Source of the DNA: Armatimonadota bacterium
Lineage (GTDB): Bacteria; Vulcanimicrobiota; JACPDS01; JBDRKI01
Reading direction: 5' to 3'
DNA length: 53,522 nucleotides
NCBI GenBank assembly: GCA_043814095.1
Contig: JBDRKI010000046.1
Span: 1-53,522, forward strand
A program made the translations under genes and the position numbers. Of this stretch, positions 1-8,928 are shown one piece after another; the first letter of the stretch is position 1, and the number at the start of each line of letters is the position of its first letter. The notes beneath the pieces were generated by a model. The model made no database searches and was not told where the DNA came from. It saw nothing but the letters and a program-made list of their open reading frames with translations.

Positions 1-2
1 CA

Positions 3-950
3 AAAAAAGACGGACCAAAAAAGACAGAAATTCCGTTAACTAATGAATTAAAAAACAAGTTAATCCCAATACTTGAGAAAAAATTACTGCCTAACGATAA
101 TACCTGTAAAGCCTTCACCAAAGACTTTAAAAATGCCATAACTACTGACGGCACACCCGCTGCATCTGTTGAAACCGAAACAGAAGAAACAGACAAACCA
201 GCAGAAACTTCTAATGCAAACGGTAAAAAACCTGACGTCCAGATAGCCGATATCCCTATTTATTACAAGGGCAATAAAGAAGCTCTTGGAAAAGCAGGAA
301 TAAGTTTTAAAGATATTAGATCTGAGGAAAGCCAACAAAATGTACTTGAAATAATACCGAATAAGCATGCGCAAAACAACTTCGATATATCACTCGCTAC
401 TATAACAGATAAAGAATCCGAAACATCTGGCTCTTTCTCCCAAACTGACACGACAGGTAATAGACTTCTACTAGACACTAAAACCCAAAAAATAGAAGTT
501 GTAAAAGAAGGCGATGCAATAAAAATATACAGCTACAATAATGATGAAAACGCTCCCTTAAATGTATTAAAATTTGAGCCCAGGAAACTAGACAAAGTAC
601 CGATTCTCTGTAAAGGAGATCAAGATGTCATTCAAGGCCTCGGGTTGCAATTTAAAAAAGCAAGCAACGGCGAATATTTAATTACAAGCAATTATGAAGA
701 GAACGCAATAAATCCCAGGCATATAAAAATAGAGAGTCAAGCTTTTAACGAGATGGATATCGATAAATTAAGAACCCTGCAACCTTTTACCCGGATATCA
801 CTACAATCAAAAATAACAACAACAGATAGTGATAAAATAATAATTGTGGGAGATAAGCAACGCGCTAAATCTGATGCCTATATATGTGTTTATAACAAAG
901 ATGCCTCTGTTGACGTAATAAAGGTTACAAAAGTAGATCTTTCAAGATAA
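3..950 (+). CDS. Hypothetical protein, 5'-truncated by the window edge, with two ~115-aa degenerate tandem domains
   Basis: Frame 3 is open from base 3 (KKDGPKKTEIP...) to TAA at 948-950. The ORF track's 645..950 is only its C-terminal part. Confidence 0.8.
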   Translation, partial: KKDGPKKTEIPLTNELKNKLIPILEKKLLPNDNTCKAFTKDFKNAITTDGTPAASVETETEETDKPAETSNANGKKPDVQIADIPIYYKGNKEALGKAGISFKDIRSEESQQNVLEIIPNKHAQNNFDISLATITDKESETSGSFSQTDTTGNRLLLDTKTQKIEVVKEGDAIKIYSYNNDENAPLNVLKFEPRKLDKVPILCKGDQDVIQGLGLQFKKASNGEYLITSNYEENAINPRHIKIESQAFNEMDIDKLRTLQPFTRISLQSKITTTDSDKIIIVGDKQRAKSDAYICVYNKDASVDVIKVTKVDLSR

Positions 951-978
951 AAATAATACATACTATACCGGGGTACTT

Positions 979-3900
979 ATGAGTTTAGAAAAGATAGGTC
1001 CCGGCGGCGATAAACCTGTACGCCCGCAGAAAAAGGATAAACCCTGTCTTTATGACCTGGAAAGAACCAAAAAGGCTGTAAATAAAGCGGGGGGGAAATT
1101 AGAGCTTATCGCGGACATAAACATAAAACCCCCTTCCTGCCGCCGCAAAAACCTTCCTAAAATAAAATTCACTGCCGAAGAAAGGAAAATCCTTACTTCC
1201 TTCTCCCCCAATGACCTTCTTGTGATACTGGACAGAAAAGCATCAGAGCTTGAAGGATCGCTCTTTCTTCATCTTTACGAAAAAACAGCAGCCGATGCCA
1301 AAAAGACCTCTTTAAACGAATTTAAAAACTCATTACAGGGAAAAACTCCTGATGAACTATTAGATTTAATAGAAACCCATGTAACCGAAGACAGCTCTCT
1401 GACAAGAACCATAAGGAAAAAGATAAAACTTCTTTTATCTGAGAAGTTTAAGGTTTTAAAAAGCAGCCTGTCAAATTTTTCCTTTATCAAAGAAAGCGAT
1501 TTATCTGATGAAAACATAATGAACACGGCATTCAACCACATTGATTTAATCACCAAAGAACTAGACAGCGGCGTTTATATAAATACCCTGCAGAGCAAAG
1601 AGTTTAAAGATTTTCTTACAAAAATGCAGAATGGCTACGGTATAGATGTGTCGGATAAAATTAAAGAAATGACTGATCTATACTTTGATCCGGAAAAACT
1701 ATCTTTCCTTAACAGCGAAAACACCCTGCTAGCCGTAAAACTTATAAAAAAACATTTTCCTGATTTAAAATTTAAAGATACAGTATCTTTATTCACTTTA
1801 GAACGGTTTACCGAAACGCTTGATAAGAATGAAATAAAAAACAGTATTGAACAAAAAACATATTATCATAAAAAGTTTACAACCCTTTATAATGCTCCCA
1901 AAGTAAAAACAGTATACGGGCTCGTTGAACTTTTAAACTGCGAGCAATATAAATTGGAAAAACTGGCAGAACCCGAAGCCATGGATCAAATAAATTATGT
2001 TAAAGATAACTACCCCGAAACATTTGCCTTTAACTTAAATGAAAGCCACGATTTCATAGATGCCGCCACATCTTTTATAGAAGAACTCAACAGGCTTAAG
2101 TTAACTGCCCGGGAACTAGACAGTTTTCTAAATCTGTTCTCGGATAATATCGGCAATCACGGGAACATAGGGTGCCTGGGAATGGCTAATATAACCGGGG
2201 ATCAGATAAAGAATATAATGAAAGATAACGGAAATTTTAAAAAATACCTGAACGAAATAAAAGAAAAGTACCCCTCATTATCATTAAAAGGAAATCTGTC
2301 CGTTATAAAAAAACTGGTGTTAAACTACGGCAGCATTGATAAATTGCACGAAATGAACCGGTATATGAAGGCTCACGGGCTTTTCTCCAAAAACGGCTCT
2401 CAAGTAGCCCTGAATCTTGATAATTACGACTTAAAAATGAAGGTTATACAGTTTGTCGCACAGAAAAAATTCGACAAATTTTTACTCCACCCCCAGCAAA
2501 ACGTATTATCATACAGTAAACTCCCGTGCCTGGAATTAAACAAACCGCTTCTTTCGGTTATAAACGAAAAAATCACAAGCGGAGATGCAGAAAAACTGTA
2601 TGAAACGCTGACAAACTCATGGAATTTAACCCGGATTAATATTAATGATTTTTTATATATCCTGGCCACAGGTGAAGACGAATTTTACTTAAATACCGGC
2701 AATGCCTCTAAATTTCACGCCTTAAAACAAACCTACAACATTCTTTCAAATAATACAGGGACAGATAAAATAGAAAGCCTGGAAGATATGCCGAAATCAC
2801 AGCTTGAGCTTCTTATTAATAAATCGGATTATCTGTCCGATAAACACGTTAAAGAAAACTTTTTCAAAGTATACCGCGAATATGTTAAATATTGTAAAGG
2901 AAAACCCGGGATAAAACTTCAAGACATCGCTCATATTGACCCTCTTGAAATTTTAAAAGACGAGAGTTTAGGCAAAATCTTATCTATTCTAAAAGAAAAA
3001 TACGATATTAGAGGTATCAGATATGAAACAAACAAGCTTCCGGGAAATACCGGACAATTTTTAACCGATCTGGAAGATGAAAAAACACTGGAACTTTTTA
3101 ATAAAATATCCAAAGAGCAAGATTCTAACTTCAATAGCCTGCTTGTTGCGATAAACATAAAAAACAATCCCGAAAACCTTGAAATTTACAATATGCTTAA
3201 CAAATTAGATCCGGATAAGAGTACATACCAGAAAGATCAATTTATTGGATATTTTTTAAATTCAGTACTCGGCTCGAAATCCGTAATGGCAAATCTTGAA
3301 AATAAAGATTTTATTCACTTCTGTAATAAAATATTTTCTCATTTCTATAGCGGCATCAAAAGTGCTTTATTTATCCAAGAGATATCTACACTCTATGACG
3401 AAATAAAAAATAACCCGCAGCATCAAGAACTCCTGTTTTCCGAAAAATTCAATGAAGCTTTCTCTTACGTAAAAAACAAGTTTAATATAACAAGACCCGA
3501 TCCCTCTGTTTTATCACCGGTTTTAAAAATTGCCGAAAAATTCGATCCTGCAAAATTAGATTCTTTTATCGAAAAAATCGGGGAGCCGGTTTATGCTAAT
3601 GACCTGGTACTAGTTTCGGCTGTTTTGAACAACCCTGAATATGAAAAACTGCTGTTTAACAAAGATAAAATGCTGGAAGAAATGGAAAAGATATTATCTC
3701 AAACTCCAGCTCCCAGGCAAATATTAAGCTTCGTCGAAGAAATAAAATCAAGAAGTGAGTATCACTACAACAAGGCGTACTACGACAAAATAATAGAAAG
3801 TTATACCAACTCACACACTGAAAAACCCGATTTAAAAACTTTTCCTAAAATACAGCTTTTAAGACTTGTCCTGCTTAAAAAAGCTCTGAAAAATAAAGAT

Positions 3901-4380
3901 TTTTTGAACGACATGGGCAGAATTGCATACGATGATATAAACGACACCACATGCGAACACGGCGGTAATATTTACTTTGAAAACGGACAATTACGGCTAG
4001 CGGATCTAAAATCGGCAAAAACTTCCGATGTCAGCTATTACCACCCCCAGAAATTATATTTCACAAGCGGTATTATGACTTTCCACTGCCACATGAAAGC
4101 ACCGCCCGGGAATAATGACACTTCTAAATTCAGCGGCCCTTCCGGCTACCTGGGAATACACGGCGGAGATATAGGTTCATCCGAACCGAACAATGCAACC
4201 GACATAGTAATAACAAAAATGGGACATCCCAAAGATAAAAACGGAAACGAAGACTTAAGTAAAATGATTGTAAACATAGATTTATACTTTATAGATAAAA
4301 GAAAACCCGAGAAACACGAATTAATTATTTTTGATATGGGCAATAGGATTATAAACCTTCCCGAAAAACCACAGAATTAA
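979..4380 (+). CDS. Large orphan protein (1133 aa), mostly helical, with a C-terminal JAB/MPN-like metal-binding motif
   Basis: Long ORF. The C-terminus has E-H-G-G ... F-H-C-H ... G-P-S ... G-D, resembling the JAMM pattern E..HxH..PS..D. Confidence 0.6.
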   Translation: MSLEKIGPGGDKPVRPQKKDKPCLYDLERTKKAVNKAGGKLELIADINIKPPSCRRKNLPKIKFTAEERKILTSFSPNDLLVILDRKASELEGSLFLHLYEKTAADAKKTSLNEFKNSLQGKTPDELLDLIETHVTEDSSLTRTIRKKIKLLLSEKFKVLKSSLSNFSFIKESDLSDENIMNTAFNHIDLITKELDSGVYINTLQSKEFKDFLTKMQNGYGIDVSDKIKEMTDLYFDPEKLSFLNSENTLLAVKLIKKHFPDLKFKDTVSLFTLERFTETLDKNEIKNSIEQKTYYHKKFTTLYNAPKVKTVYGLVELLNCEQYKLEKLAEPEAMDQINYVKDNYPETFAFNLNESHDFIDAATSFIEELNRLKLTARELDSFLNLFSDNIGNHGNIGCLGMANITGDQIKNIMKDNGNFKKYLNEIKEKYPSLSLKGNLSVIKKLVLNYGSIDKLHEMNRYMKAHGLFSKNGSQVALNLDNYDLKMKVIQFVAQKKFDKFLLHPQQNVLSYSKLPCLELNKPLLSVINEKITSGDAEKLYETLTNSWNLTRININDFLYILATGEDEFYLNTGNASKFHALKQTYNILSNNTGTDKIESLEDMPKSQLELLINKSDYLSDKHVKENFFKVYREYVKYCKGKPGIKLQDIAHIDPLEILKDESLGKILSILKEKYDIRGIRYETNKLPGNTGQFLTDLEDEKTLELFNKISKEQDSNFNSLLVAINIKNNPENLEIYNMLNKLDPDKSTYQKDQFIGYFLNSVLGSKSVMANLENKDFIHFCNKIFSHFYSGIKSALFIQEISTLYDEIKNNPQHQELLFSEKFNEAFSYVKNKFNITRPDPSVLSPVLKIAEKFDPAKLDSFIEKIGEPVYANDLVLVSAVLNNPEYEKLLFNKDKMLEEMEKILSQTPAPRQILSFVEEIKSRSEYHYNKAYYDKIIESYTNSHTEKPDLKTFPKIQLLRLVLLKKALKNKDFLNDMGRIAYDDINDTTCEHGGNIYFENGQLRLADLKSAKTSDVSYYHPQKLYFTSGIMTFHCHMKAPPGNNDTSKFSGPSGYLGIHGGDIGSSEPNNATDIVITKMGHPKDKNGNEDLSKMIVNIDLYFIDKRKPEKHELIIFDMGNRIINLPEKPQN

Positions 4381-4410
4381 ACCTTACACACCCGTTATTT
4401 TATACACCTT
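4380..4410 (+). repeat. 31-bp perfect direct repeat, copy 1
   Basis: AACCTTACACACCCGTTATTTTATACACCTT, identical to 6321-6351. Confidence 0.95.
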
Positions 4411-4596
4411 GCTAATCAACATATATTTAATATTGCCCAGCCGCCCACCTCATCGGCCAGCTTCTGGGTTTCCAGATCTGAAATCTGAACACCTCCGTAT
4501 TTATATTTATAAAAACGGCTTAAAATAACAATTTCTATGGATATTAACAGATACCTTCTTATTTACACCCCCTTTCACAACATTTATAGAGCCAAA

Positions 4597-4662
4597 GTTA
4601 ACAAAAAATTAACAAATTGTTAACATTTTGGTAACAAATAACGCCCGTATATTGGTTATAAT
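4597..4662 (+). promoter_or_regulatory. Four TTAACA-like boxes (11-bp period) plus -10 TATAAT; putative OmpR/PhoB-family activated promoter
   Basis: GTTAACA 4597, ATTAACA 4608, GTTAACA 4619, GGTAACA 4630; TATAAT at 4657; GGAGG RBS before ATG 4696. Confidence 0.8.
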
Positions 4663-4695
4663 TAATATATAAGACAAATTACTTCGGAGGGATTT

Positions 4696-6285
4696 ATGAG
4701 TTTAGAAATCACACCCCGCACGGCGCCCCAAGACAATAACGGCGAACCTGTAGGCGGAATTAAAATAGTCCCAAGAAACAATGTAGGCGGAATTAAAATA
4801 GTCCCAAGAAAAAAAACAGACAACAATCACAATAAAAATAATGAAGGAGGAGCGGAAAAAACGGCTCCGGCAAAAAAGCCGCTGGTAAATCCTAATTATC
4901 CCATACCGGACAACCGCATCACAGGTCCGCTTTCGCTTGATTCATACCCCAGACTGGTTGAAATAGACGAAAATCTGGGCGATTTTTTAAACCAATTCTT
5001 CTTATCAAAATACAGTATTTATCCCGATAATGAAGGTAAAATAAAACATATATTCATGGAATATTCAAAATATGAAACAGGATGTTCTCACAGCTCTGGC
5101 GAGCTTGACGCACATAAGGCTATCCTGTTAAATACAGATGAAAACGTGAAAATCTCTTTTCTAGTAAAAAATAACGAAGACGAAGAAGTTTTGCAAAAAC
5201 TTATTAAAGAAGCCGGCATAAAAAATCCTGACAGGATAGAAATAATAATTACCGGCAAAACTCCCCGGGGATGGGCGCGCGATCCCGCCGTAGCAGTTGA
5301 GGATGACGGCGGCGAAAACCATATACTCTTATTTGAACGCCATAGTCCGCTGAGAATTGAAGCTTACAGAAAAAACAATCCCGGATCCGCAGAACTGGAA
5401 GCAGAATTGTCAGAGGTAGCTCAAGACCGCGCCATGTTTACATTTATAAACGACAATAATATAAATGTCGCCGACATGAAAGAAGTCATAGGCATAGTCT
5501 TAGACGGCGGAAATATAATCCGCATTGATAAAGATATATTTATAGGCACAAGCGTTATATATAATACCTGCGAAACATTATGGCATAAATACCATAAAAA
5601 TCCCGCTTTTAACCGCTTCGTCGCCCAATATTACAAAGAGCTGACGGGTAAAGAAGTTCCGGACGGATATCAGACTATAGAGATACTAACCGTTTTAACG
5701 CCTAATATTATCGCGACTTTTTTCAACAGCAATGTCATCGTTATCGGGGAAGACAACCCTGAAACAGACAAAATAGAAAGCCAACCCACTTTTCACATTG
5801 ATATGCTTATGGGACCGGCAAAAAACTCCAACGGCGAAAATGTCGTTATGGTGGGAGATCCTAAGATGGCAAAGGAAATATTCGATAATTTATCCGACGA
5901 TGAAAAAGAAAAAAACGGCAGTCTTAAAATGCTGCTGGAAGATTATATAAACAAGACAAATATTAACGCGGAACAGAATAATTTCGACGCGGTTGCGGAT
6001 TATCTGAAAAAACAAGGATTTAAGGTGATGCGCACACCTTATCTGGAACATCTTCCGGGACTGCCTACAGTGGCGTTTACCAACAATTTAATTGAAGATT
6101 ATACCGACGAAAAAGGCAAGCATATAAAAAGAATTTTTCTGCCTCAATATAATATAGAACCGCTGGATAAAAAAGCGGCGGATATTTTCAGGAGTATGGA
6201 ATATGAAATTATATTTGTGGACTGCTCCAGTATAGGAAAATGCCAGGGATCGATCAGATGCAAAACACAGGTAATTAAGGAATAA
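4696..6285 (+). CDS. Pentein-fold (agmatine/peptidyl-arginine deiminase family) enzyme with a low-complexity N-terminal extension
   Basis: GWARDP, LDGGN, FHIDM and C-terminal GSIRCKTQ match the WxRD / GG / HxD / GGxxxCxT catalytic pattern of guanidino-group-modifying enzymes. Confidence 0.8.
   Translation: MSLEITPRTAPQDNNGEPVGGIKIVPRNNVGGIKIVPRKKTDNNHNKNNEGGAEKTAPAKKPLVNPNYPIPDNRITGPLSLDSYPRLVEIDENLGDFLNQFFLSKYSIYPDNEGKIKHIFMEYSKYETGCSHSSGELDAHKAILLNTDENVKISFLVKNNEDEEVLQKLIKEAGIKNPDRIEIIITGKTPRGWARDPAVAVEDDGGENHILLFERHSPLRIEAYRKNNPGSAELEAELSEVAQDRAMFTFINDNNINVADMKEVIGIVLDGGNIIRIDKDIFIGTSVIYNTCETLWHKYHKNPAFNRFVAQYYKELTGKEVPDGYQTIEILTVLTPNIIATFFNSNVIVIGEDNPETDKIESQPTFHIDMLMGPAKNSNGENVVMVGDPKMAKEIFDNLSDDEKEKNGSLKMLLEDYINKTNINAEQNNFDAVADYLKKQGFKVMRTPYLEHLPGLPTVAFTNNLIEDYTDEKGKHIKRIFLPQYNIEPLDKKAADIFRSMEYEIIFVDCSSIGKCQGSIRCKTQVIKE
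4749..4811 (+). repeat. In-frame tandem duplication (30-bp unit, 33-bp period) encoding VGGIKIVPR twice
   Basis: TGTAGGCGGAATTAAAATAGTCCCAAGAAA at 4749 and 4782. Confidence 0.95.
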
Positions 6286-6320
6286 TAAAATCAAAAAAAG
6301 CGTTATTAGATTTTTTAAAG

Positions 6321-6351
6321 AACCTTACACACCCGTTATTTTATACACCTT
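6321..6351 (+). repeat. 31-bp perfect direct repeat, copy 2 (overlaps the 3' end of the 6325..6585 gene)
   Basis: Identical to 4380-4410; encodes KVYKITGV-stop on the minus strand. Confidence 0.95.
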
Positions 6352-6585
6352 ATCATGCTCTCTTACGTGGTCGGGCACTTTAAAGCCGATATCGTCACCG
6401 GGCTTGGCTGTATCAAGCTTATGGTGCTCTGTTTCCAGTGATTCAATTGTTGTTATAAGATCCGTAGTATGGCCTTTAATATGAACCTTATCCCCTACCT
6501 TAAGCTCCCCTTCTTCTATGGTCATCGCGGCAACGCTTAAGTGGCTGAAATAATGAGCTATACTGCCTATATATTTTTCTTCCAT
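6325..6585 (-). CDS. Small translation-elongation-factor-like beta-barrel protein (stand-alone peptidase U32 C-terminal-type domain), 86 aa
   Basis: MEEKYIGSIAHYFSHLSVA...LKVGDKVHIKG.TTD...AKPGDDIGFKV...VREHDKVYK. ATG at 6585 with an AGGCGGTG RBS; the ORF-track extension to 6888 overlaps the GH13 gene. Confidence 0.8.
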   Translation of the reverse strand: MEEKYIGSIAHYFSHLSVAAMTIEEGELKVGDKVHIKGHTTDLITTIESLETEHHKLDTAKPGDDIGFKVPDHVREHDKVYKITGV

Positions 6586-6693
6586 ATTATTCACCGCCTT
6601 TCCTGTAATAAATAATTCTATATTATAATAATTTATCCCTGTAGGAACTGTCCCTAAAGGGGTTAAAAAATTATTACAGAAAACATATTTATT

Positions 6694-8559
6694 ATGAAAT
6701 TTGATTATAAAGAGACAATTTATTCCGACGGTTCGGCGGAATTTATTTCCGCGGAGAAAAAAGAAGTTGCCGTTAAAATACGGGTTTATAAAAAGAATGC
6801 TGTTAAAAGTATTTATCTGTGCACCGCCCCCGAAGGAGAACGGTTCTATATTGAAATGAAAAAGGTGAAAACGGACAGTTTCTTTCAATACTGGCAGGCA
6901 AAAATAGATATTGTTTCGGATAATACAAGCTACAAATTCCTTATAACATCAGAAAATGATACATTCTGGTACTCCCAGTTCGGCATAACAACTTACATAC
7001 CGCCCGATATTTATGATTTTAAGTATCTAACGAACCATCATCCGGTTAAATGGCTTAAAGACGCGGTATTTTATCAGATATTCCCGGAGAGGTTCTGCGA
7101 CGGGGATTCCTCAAACAATGTTAAAGACAACGAATATACCTACTGCGGAAAAAGAGTAAAAGCGCTCCCCTGGGGCAAGACTGCGGATAAATACGGAGAA
7201 AAAGCGCATATGCAGTTTAACGGGGGCGACCTTGCCGGTATAAAGCGGAAGATCCCTTATCTAAAATCACTGGGCGTTAACGCGTTATACCTTACACCCG
7301 TATTTTTATCCCCCAGCCCTCATAAATATGACGTACAGGATTATTATAATATAGACCCTCATTTCGGAACAAATAAAGAATTTTCGGAGCTTGTAAAACT
7401 GCTCCATAAGAATAATTTCAGGATAATATTAGACGGGGTGTTCAACCACTGCGGGATGTCCCATTACTGGTTTAATAAATCGGGATATTATAAAACTAAA
7501 GGGGCGTATAATGACAAAAAATCCCCCTATTATGAATTCTTCAAATTCTATAAATACCCCGGCAACTATAAATGCTGGCTGGCTGTTAAAACACTGCCTA
7601 AATTAAATTATGAATCAGAAAAACTGAAAGACACGGTCTACCGGGGAGAAAACGCCATAGTAAAATACTGGCTTAAACCCCCATATAATATAGACGGATG
7701 GCGGCTTGATGTAGCCAATATGACAGCGCGCCTTGACCAATACCAGATGCACCATAAATTCTGGAGAGAATTTTTGGAAAACGTAAAAAAGACAAAAAAA
7801 GAAAGTTTTGTCATGGGCGAACATTTCTTTGACGCCCAGGAACTCCTGCAGGGCCATATGATGGATTCCGTGATGAATTACCAGGGGTTTTACTTCCCCG
7901 TAATAAAATGGTTCACGCAAACATATGATTTCATAACCACAGTGAAAAAAAGAATATACACAAAAACAAAATATACAGCGGATGATTTAAATACCGCTAT
8001 GGCCGTAACAAGAGCGCAGATACCCTGGCAGATACAGACACAGATGTATAATTTATTAAGTTCACATGATATACCCAGATTTTATTCTATTATAAAGAAG
8101 AATAAAAAACTCCTTAAATGCGGCTTGATACTTTTATTTACACACCTGGGGATACCGGGCATATTCTACGGGGATGAGATAGGTTTGGAAGGCAAAAACT
8201 CTATTGACTGCCGCAGGTGCATGATATGGGACAAAAATAAACAGGATAAAGACATATATAATCTTATGAAGAAACTTATAGGGTTAAGGAAGAAAGAAAA
8301 AATACTGCAGAAAGGCGGATTTAAAGCGCTTTATGCCGGAGGCAGTGTATTTGCTTACGCAAGGTTTATTAAAAACAAAGCCCTCATAACAGTAATAAAT
8401 AAAGGAGAAAAACAGACTATCTCATTGCCTTTATGGAAGATAGGCATAACAAAAGGAGTATTAAAAGATATCTTTACGGAGAAGAAATTCAAGGTAACTA
8501 ACGGGGTACTTAAATTAAAATTAGGCAAGCAAGAAAGCTTATGCCTTAAATTGACATAA
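6694..8559 (+). CDS. malZ: GH13 maltodextrin glucosidase / neopullulanase-type alpha-glycosidase
   Basis: FYQIFPERF, GGDLAGI, HKYD, DGVFNH, DGWRLDVA, GEHF and LSSHD conserved GH13 regions. Confidence 0.85.
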   Translation: MKFDYKETIYSDGSAEFISAEKKEVAVKIRVYKKNAVKSIYLCTAPEGERFYIEMKKVKTDSFFQYWQAKIDIVSDNTSYKFLITSENDTFWYSQFGITTYIPPDIYDFKYLTNHHPVKWLKDAVFYQIFPERFCDGDSSNNVKDNEYTYCGKRVKALPWGKTADKYGEKAHMQFNGGDLAGIKRKIPYLKSLGVNALYLTPVFLSPSPHKYDVQDYYNIDPHFGTNKEFSELVKLLHKNNFRIILDGVFNHCGMSHYWFNKSGYYKTKGAYNDKKSPYYEFFKFYKYPGNYKCWLAVKTLPKLNYESEKLKDTVYRGENAIVKYWLKPPYNIDGWRLDVANMTARLDQYQMHHKFWREFLENVKKTKKESFVMGEHFFDAQELLQGHMMDSVMNYQGFYFPVIKWFTQTYDFITTVKKRIYTKTKYTADDLNTAMAVTRAQIPWQIQTQMYNLLSSHDIPRFYSIIKKNKKLLKCGLILLFTHLGIPGIFYGDEIGLEGKNSIDCRRCMIWDKNKQDKDIYNLMKKLIGLRKKEKILQKGGFKALYAGGSVFAYARFIKNKALITVINKGEKQTISLPLWKIGITKGVLKDIFTEKKFKVTNGVLKLKLGKQESLCLKLT

Positions 8560-8579
8560 AAAGAGGAATATTGTAATAT
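8551..8579 (+). promoter_or_regulatory. Sigma70-type promoter for the 8605 ORF and probably tRNA-Trp
   Basis: TTGACA (8551) - 17 bp - TAATAT (8574). Confidence 0.6.
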
Positions 8580-8604
8580 TTATTATATCTTTAACGGAGA
8601 AATT

Positions 8605-8832
8605 ATGAAAGATAAAGATTTTGCCATAATACTGGAATCTTTAAGAAGTGATTTTAGAATTTTTAAGGAAAGCTTAGATTTATTAAAAGAAACTACGGAT
8701 AAAAAATTTGAAACATTACAAACCGAAACCCATCAAATGAATCATTTTCTCCAAAATATGATGTCCGAGCATGAAAAATGGCTACAGGATCATGAGGTAA
8801 GAATAAGAGACGTTGAAAAGAAAATCGCGTAA
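8605..8832 (+). CDS. Small hypothetical coiled-coil protein
   Basis: 75-aa ORF with GGAG RBS and heptad-like pattern (HEVRIRDVEKK). Confidence 0.65.
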   Translation: MKDKDFAIILESLRSDFRIFKESLDLLKETTDKKFETLQTETHQMNHFLQNMMSEHEKWLQDHEVRIRDVEKKIA

Positions 8833-8853
8833 ATAAAAATTGGCGGAGTCAGT

Positions 8854-8928
8854 GGGCCAGTAGTTCAGTGGTAGAACGTCGGTCTCCAAAACCGAATGTC
8901 GTGGGTTCAAATCCTGCCTGGCCCGCCA
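8854..8928 (+). tRNA. tRNA-Trp (CCA)
   Basis: Acceptor stem GGGCCAG/CTGGCCC, anticodon arm TCGGT-CTCCAAA-ACCGA, T-loop TTCAAAT, encoded CCA end. Confidence 0.97.

Noticed and set aside
4411-4560. GC-richer patch with a short open minus-strand frame (…YGGVQISDLETQKLADEVGGWAILNIC)
   Set aside because: No start codon or RBS in frame and no recognisable family; it may be a relic but cannot be supported.
4597-4640. TTAACA repeats as a CRISPR array, iteron or DnaA-box origin
   Set aside because: Units are 7 bp with 4-bp spacers, there is no cas or rep gene, they do not match TTATCCACA, and the fixed spacing to a -10 fits transcription-factor sites.
6586-6888. N-terminal 101-aa extension of the 187-aa minus-strand ORF
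   Set aside because: It overlaps the GH13 gene on the opposite strand; the recognisable domain and RBS start at ATG 6585.
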